Positions 59,317-64,000 of a stretch of DNA of 64,000 nt are shown here, piece by piece; the first letter of the stretch is position 1; every line of letters starts with the position of its first letter. Source of the stretch: Macrostomum lignano (lineage: Eukaryota). The DNA lies in assembly GCA_002269645.1 (NCBI GenBank), contig NIVC01003617.1, positions 23,301-87,300 of the forward strand, given 5' to 3'. Below the pieces are notes generated by a model. That model saw only the letters and a program-made list of their open reading frames with translations. It had not been told where the DNA came from and did not search any database. Position numbers and translations under genes: made by a program.

Positions 59317-60088
59317 TCAAGGTTGGCTCAATGCTCTCGAAGGATCCAAGTAGCACTTCTTCGTGAGTCTGGACACTGTTTCCGAGACTGTGCTGAACCG
59401 TCGGTGCCCATGCTGTACCGGAGTGTTCTTCAAACGGTAGGCAACACTGGTCATCATGCTTAGGATATCGTTGCACTGGTACTCATCTGAAATAACTTTA
59501 CTAAGAGCCTGGACGTAAAGCGAGCCCTTGCTCTCATCCCGAAAAGTGACGTTTCCTTCCGTATTAGCAAAGCACATTAGAGTATCGGCGTCACAAGCGC
59601 GAGCGGGCACGCTCGATGACTGCGGCGCATCAACTGCTAAGCCTCTGCTCGAACACGAATTTTCCTCGATATGCTGGAAAGAAGAATAATTTGGGCTTGT
59701 CTCGCAGAGCCTCGCACTCGTTGGCCCGAATCGTGTCGTGATTGAAGAGATTTCCACTGGCACGCCTTCTCGATCATAGATCCAGCCGTTACTTCCGTGA
59801 CCCATCACAAATAAAATAAAGCAGCCAATCTTACTCAGCTCATCCCTCCGGGTGAGCTCGTCGTTGATAAACTCGAAGATTTCATGGCTCTTTGGGTTAA
59901 ATTTCTTCACGTCAAAATTAAGTCTGGTAAACAAAGTTGACAAAATTTCAACATCTATCTCGGATCCGACTCGATCGGAAAATTCAGACTCGCAGTTGTA
60001 CTTGTGCACATTGATCAAGAGAAAGCGGCGCGTTGGCTGAGTCACTGGGTAGGCTTCATCCCCTGCTCCAGGATCGAGCATGTGTAAT
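59317..60088 (-). CDS. Caspase-like protein (p20+p10). The catalytic-Cys motif is out of frame and reads PAYRG, so this is a pseudo-caspase, a pseudogene or an assembly indel artefact
   Basis: R.GS..DVE.L..LF..L.F, FILFVMGHG, DTLMCFANTEG..FRDESKGSLYVQAL and SRLTKKCYL. An alternative frame at ~59725-59663 gives ECEALRDKPKLFFFPAYRG. Acceptor TTTTTTTAG at 60089 suggests further upstream exons. Confidence 0.85.
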
Positions 60089-61076
60089 CTAAAAAAATTG
60101 TTTTATTTTTGTAAAACATGGCTTAAGTTGCAGAACCATGTACGAGCTCGTATTTTTTATATTCAATATCAAATACTTGTAATGCATAAGCTGGGTGCCA
60201 AAAATATAGGCTAACATATTTTGTAGCTCGATAAAACATTAATTCCCGTAAGGGCAACTCCAAAAAGCTCTTTCTCAGCTGTTTGAGAGCCTCGCTTCTC
60301 TCGTAAGCATAATAGACGTCATGATACTTTCCAGCGCGTTGTGCGACTCCTCTGGCGACACCGTGGACAGCTCCAGATATTCCAGCTCCAGTATTCCCTG
60401 CGGCAAGTCCGCAGGCTCCGGAGGCAGTCCTCCTGCTTCCCTCAAGGGCCCAGTGTAGTACCGTGCTGATGGTCCTTTGGTTCGGCCTCTGGTTTTTCCA
60501 AGCCGGGCTCTTAGCCGGGAAGTTTCTAGGTTGCTAGCGGTAGGGCCGGTAAGGGCTTAAGCCACCCCCGGTCGCTACCTCTTGGCCTGGCTGGTGGGTT
60601 TTGGGTTACGGCCCAGCAGCTTCTCACCTATAGTCCCCATTCGCCTTTCAGCGACTCATGGAGTATTCTTTTTCCTCCGACACGTCCGAGGTTGCTGGAG
60701 CACCAACCGAGGTTGGTACCGCGGCCCAGCCGAACATTCGCAACACTGGAACCCCCAGTGCCTCCCAGTCAGCCCCTGCCGCCGCTCAGGACAATACCGA
60801 AGCGGCTGGACAACAGGACAGCGGACCTCAGCCCTCTAAGAAGAAGGCCCGTAGCATTGCTCGCTACAAAGCTTTTCTCCAGCGCAAAGTGGAGGAACGG
60901 AGGAGTGCGAAAGCCGCCCCTCCGGTCGCCCCGAGGAGGGTGCCGGTAACTCTGCGAATCCCGCGGAGGAGCCGACATCCGACAAGGGGGCGGACCCCGC
61001 GCGCCGGTCAGAAGCGTCAGGTGCCGCCGAAGCTCCTGGTGCGGCTGGCCCCTCCCGTGGCGGGACCTCTGCCCGT

Positions 61077-61925
61077 GTGGAAACTCCCACGGCTGCGGAG
61101 GGATCCAAAGCGAGGGGCGCTGGCCAAACCACTAAGCCGAAGCGCACCCATGCGGCTATGGCCAAGAGGCAGCCGGCCCTGATCATTCAAGGCCAGGAGA
61201 CGCCTCTTACGGCCGAACAGCTCGACCAAATCTGGCGCAGGCTGGACTCCCACCTGGTCAAGATGGCCTTGAGCGGTACCGCTATTCAAGTCCAAAAGAC
61301 GAAAGTCAAGGACCAAGCCCTTCATATCCAGCCCGCCGACGGCCAGTCTGGGCAGCAGCTCCTCGAGATGTTGAAAGCCTTCGACTGGGGTACGGAGCTG
61401 GAAAACCTGTTTATCTACAGGGAGGACGAGCGACCCCGGACACACCGGCACCGTGCCTGGATTCCGGCTCGCAGTTCCATCACCAAGGCCGACGAGCTGC
61501 GTCGCCTGCTAGTGGCTACCAACCCGGAGCTGCCGGCTAATGGCGTCGTAGTTCACGAGACCATCTCCAAGCCGGGCGGAGACGGTTTCACGGCTATTCT
61601 CGGACTGTCGGATAGCTGGATGCTCCGCTACCCGGACATGTCCCTTATCCCTGTCGGGCTGATGGGGCTGATGCAGATTCAGCTTTTTAGCTTTGAGTCT
61701 GACGCCACCCGTCCACCGCCCCTGGAGAAGCGTAAGCGGGCGAGCGGGGGCTCTGCCGGGCGGAAACGCCCAGGAAAAGAAGCTCCCGTTCGTCACGACC
61801 CCTCCGAGGACGTGGACCCCGTCAGGGGGAAAGCCGCGAAAGCTGCAGCAACATGCGGACGTGGAAAGGGCCGGAAACCCGCCCGGAACACTATCCGCTC
61901 TGGTCTGACTCAGCGCGCGAAGTAG
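61077..61925 (+). CDS. LINE ORF1 (gag-like; DUF4780-like core)
   Basis: RAWIP...LLVATNPEL...GFTAILGL pattern upstream of the endonuclease. The N-terminal part is probably in frameshifted ORFs 60658-61182. Confidence 0.65.
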   Translation: METPTAAEGSKARGAGQTTKPKRTHAAMAKRQPALIIQGQETPLTAEQLDQIWRRLDSHLVKMALSGTAIQVQKTKVKDQALHIQPADGQSGQQLLEMLKAFDWGTELENLFIYREDERPRTHRHRAWIPARSSITKADELRRLLVATNPELPANGVVVHETISKPGGDGFTAILGLSDSWMLRYPDMSLIPVGLMGLMQIQLFSFESDATRPPPLEKRKRASGGSAGRKRPGKEAPVRHDPSEDVDPVRGKAAKAAATCGRGKGRKPARNTIRSGLTQRAK

Positions 61926-62179
61926 CTGCTGGACACCGCCAAGGCCAACAACCGCAGCAACCCCCAGCCCAGTGTCACCACTGCGCCCCCCTGGAAAACC
62001 GGGCCAAGAGTGAGAATGCCGCCCTTGTGGTGGCCCGCCCTCGACCATGGAGACCATCCGGGAGGAGCCCATGGAACTGGAGCCTGGAGCCATCGGCGAG
62101 GCAGAAGAGGCGGCTCTCCTGCACAACTCGCCCTGAACCGGCAGGAAGCTGCGCGGACCACTCGTGGAATCCCCGGAGT

Positions 62180-64000
62180 GGACATCCTGCAGCTTAACTT
62201 GCACCACTGCATCGCGGCCTCTACCAACCTGATGCAGGTGGCAAACTTCGTGAAACCGGGCATCATCCTCTCCAGGAGCCCTGGACGAAGAAAGGTAAGA
62301 TTCCGAATATTCCTGCTGGTTTTGACTGTTTTCAGGACCCTCAAAACCCCAGAGCAGCCATTTTCGTATCTACCCACCTCAAAACTTGGCACAGATGGGA
62401 CCTCTCTGACTGAGACCTCTGTGTCATTCAATCCAACCACATAATCACCAATCGCACAGTCATCATCGCCTCGATTTATATCCCTGGCGATGGCCCCGCG
62501 GTTCCACCCAGCCTCACCTCTCTCGTGGACTACTGCTCTGACCGCAGGTTCGAGCTGTTGGTGGCGGGCGACGCCAACGCCCACCACACCCACTGGGGCA
62601 GTAATACCTCCAACAGCAGAGCGAGGAACTCCTTGCTTACATCTGCACCACCAATACTGAGTTTTGCAACATTGGTGGAACTCCCACTTTCGACAACGGA
62701 CGATGGACGGAGGCCCTCGACGTGACCCTCGTCTCCCACGGCCTGGCTCCTCTGGTCAAGGACTGGGAGGTGTGGGACGAAGAGGAGTCTCTGTCTGACC
62801 ATCGCTTCGTTCGCTTTCGATTGCAATCCTCTTGCCCCAAACCTAACATCCTGTGGAAAAGGAACGTCTGGAACACTGACTGGACGGCTTTCGCGGAAAC
62901 CCTGAAATGCCAGACAGATCAGCTGACTACCGCCGCTCCAACCACCTGTCAGGAAGTGGATGACCTCGCTGACTTGCTCAGCAAAACCGTCCTGACAGCT
63001 CATGAGGCTTCCTGTCCTCTTAAAGCCTACAAAGGCAAGAAATCCGCCCTTTGGTGGCACCCGGCGCTTGGATCCCTCCGGCGCAAGGCAAAGTGCCTCC
63101 AACGGAAAGCTCGCAAGAGCAAGGACCCAGCCGACCTGGCCGCCTATCAAGACGCGATTCGCGACTTTAAGCGTGAAACCAGGAAAGCCAAGTCCGACAA
63201 GTGGTGCCAATACTGCGCGGAGTTAGAAGGCACCCGCCCTACTTCACGCGTGGTTAAGGCTCTCACCCTCGACAAAATGTCAAAGCTCTTAGTCATTAAA
63301 AGACTGGATGGCCGGCTCGCTGAGAACCCTGGGAATCGCTGGACATTATGCTCTCCAGCTCTTTCCACGTGCCGCACCGACGCTAGGCTCATCGACCACT
63401 CTCCGGGTGGACAAATCCTGGCTTCGACCATCATTACTAGAGAGAGGACGGCTCGGCGCCGTAAAATCCTTCTCTCCTTTCAAGTCACCGGGACCTGACA
63501 AAATTTATCCTGCCTTCCTCCATGAGGCAGTTAAAAATGACAGATTTCTTGGTCTCCTCTGCAACCTCTTCAAGGCCAGCATTACCTCGGGTACGTGCCA
63601 AAAGCCTGGCAAGAGGCCACGGTGGTCTTCATACCCAAACCAGGGAAGGGAGACTATCACTCTGCCAAAGCTTACCGCCCCATCAGTCTGACATCTTTCT
63701 TCCTCAAACTGATGGAACGGCTGGTACTCTGGCGCCTCCTCCTCGTAGAGCTGAGGAACTCCCCGCTCTCCCCTAATCAGCACGCCCCTTTTTGTCCTGG
63801 ACGTTCCATCGAAAGTGCGCTGCACGCCATTGTCGACAAGCTGGAGCGCGCCGTGCTTGGCAGGGGATACGCGCTCTCGCTTTTCCTCGACATTGATGGT
63901 GCTTTCAAAAATGTGCTCTTTGGAGCTTTTAGGCGGGCCCTGGAATCCCGGGGCACGCACGAGCACCTTATCCGCTGGATCATGTAAATGGTCTCCCATC
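62180..64000 (+). pseudogene. LINE ORF2 (endonuclease-RT), broken into several frames
   Basis: Consecutive motifs are distributed over ORFs 62010-62444, 62525-62725, 62722-63498, 63308-63691 and 63595-63987. Confidence 0.85.

Larger units (their letters stand above)
60480..64000 (+). mobile_element. LOA/Lian-like non-LTR retrotransposon (ORF1, APE endonuclease, RT), frameshifted, continuing beyond the window
   Basis: Endonuclease motifs ILQLNLHH, VAGDANAHH..WGS, LDVTL and SDHRFVRF. RT motifs FKSPGPDKIYP, W.EATVVFIPKPGK, AYRPISLTSFFLKLMERL and SLFLDIDGAF. The 5' boundary is approximate. Confidence 0.95.

Noticed and set aside
61509-63999. Long antisense ORFs over the LINE
   Set aside because: Shadow frames of GC-rich coding sequence.

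Overview
Animal genomic DNA. Phactr, CBARP-like, TTLL10-like, Rac and caspase genes, GT-AG introns and a tRNA-derived SINE support this. The style suggests a free-living flatworm such as Macrostomum, but that is inference only. About one sixth of the window is tandem repeat, in at least seven unrelated unit types. Positions 1-10.6 kb form a foldback-like structure: two inverted arms, each built as 14-bp G-rich minisatellite, then ~300 bp unique DNA (~99% identical), then a 63-bp VNTR, enclosing 6.45 kb with no recognisable transposase. The outer end of the right arm grades into a ~1.4-kb tract with a RIP-like C>T/G>A signature (1 CpG in 1380 bp, TpA-rich) that ends abruptly at ~11761. Host genes: an 833-aa disordered protein with an RVxF motif and a KKKCCC end, a spliced CBARP/BARP-like membrane protein, a spliced Phactr, a 162-aa multi-pass membrane protein, an intronless TTLL10-like glycylase, three CDS-intronless Rac paralogs with apparent gene-conversion tracts, and a caspase-like gene whose catalytic motif lies in another reading frame and reads PAYRG. 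Mobile DNA: a LOA/Lian-type LINE (60.5-64 kb), two RNase H fragments of similar LINEs, a decayed mariner, three MITEs and a SINE. All alignments and counts were made by eye.
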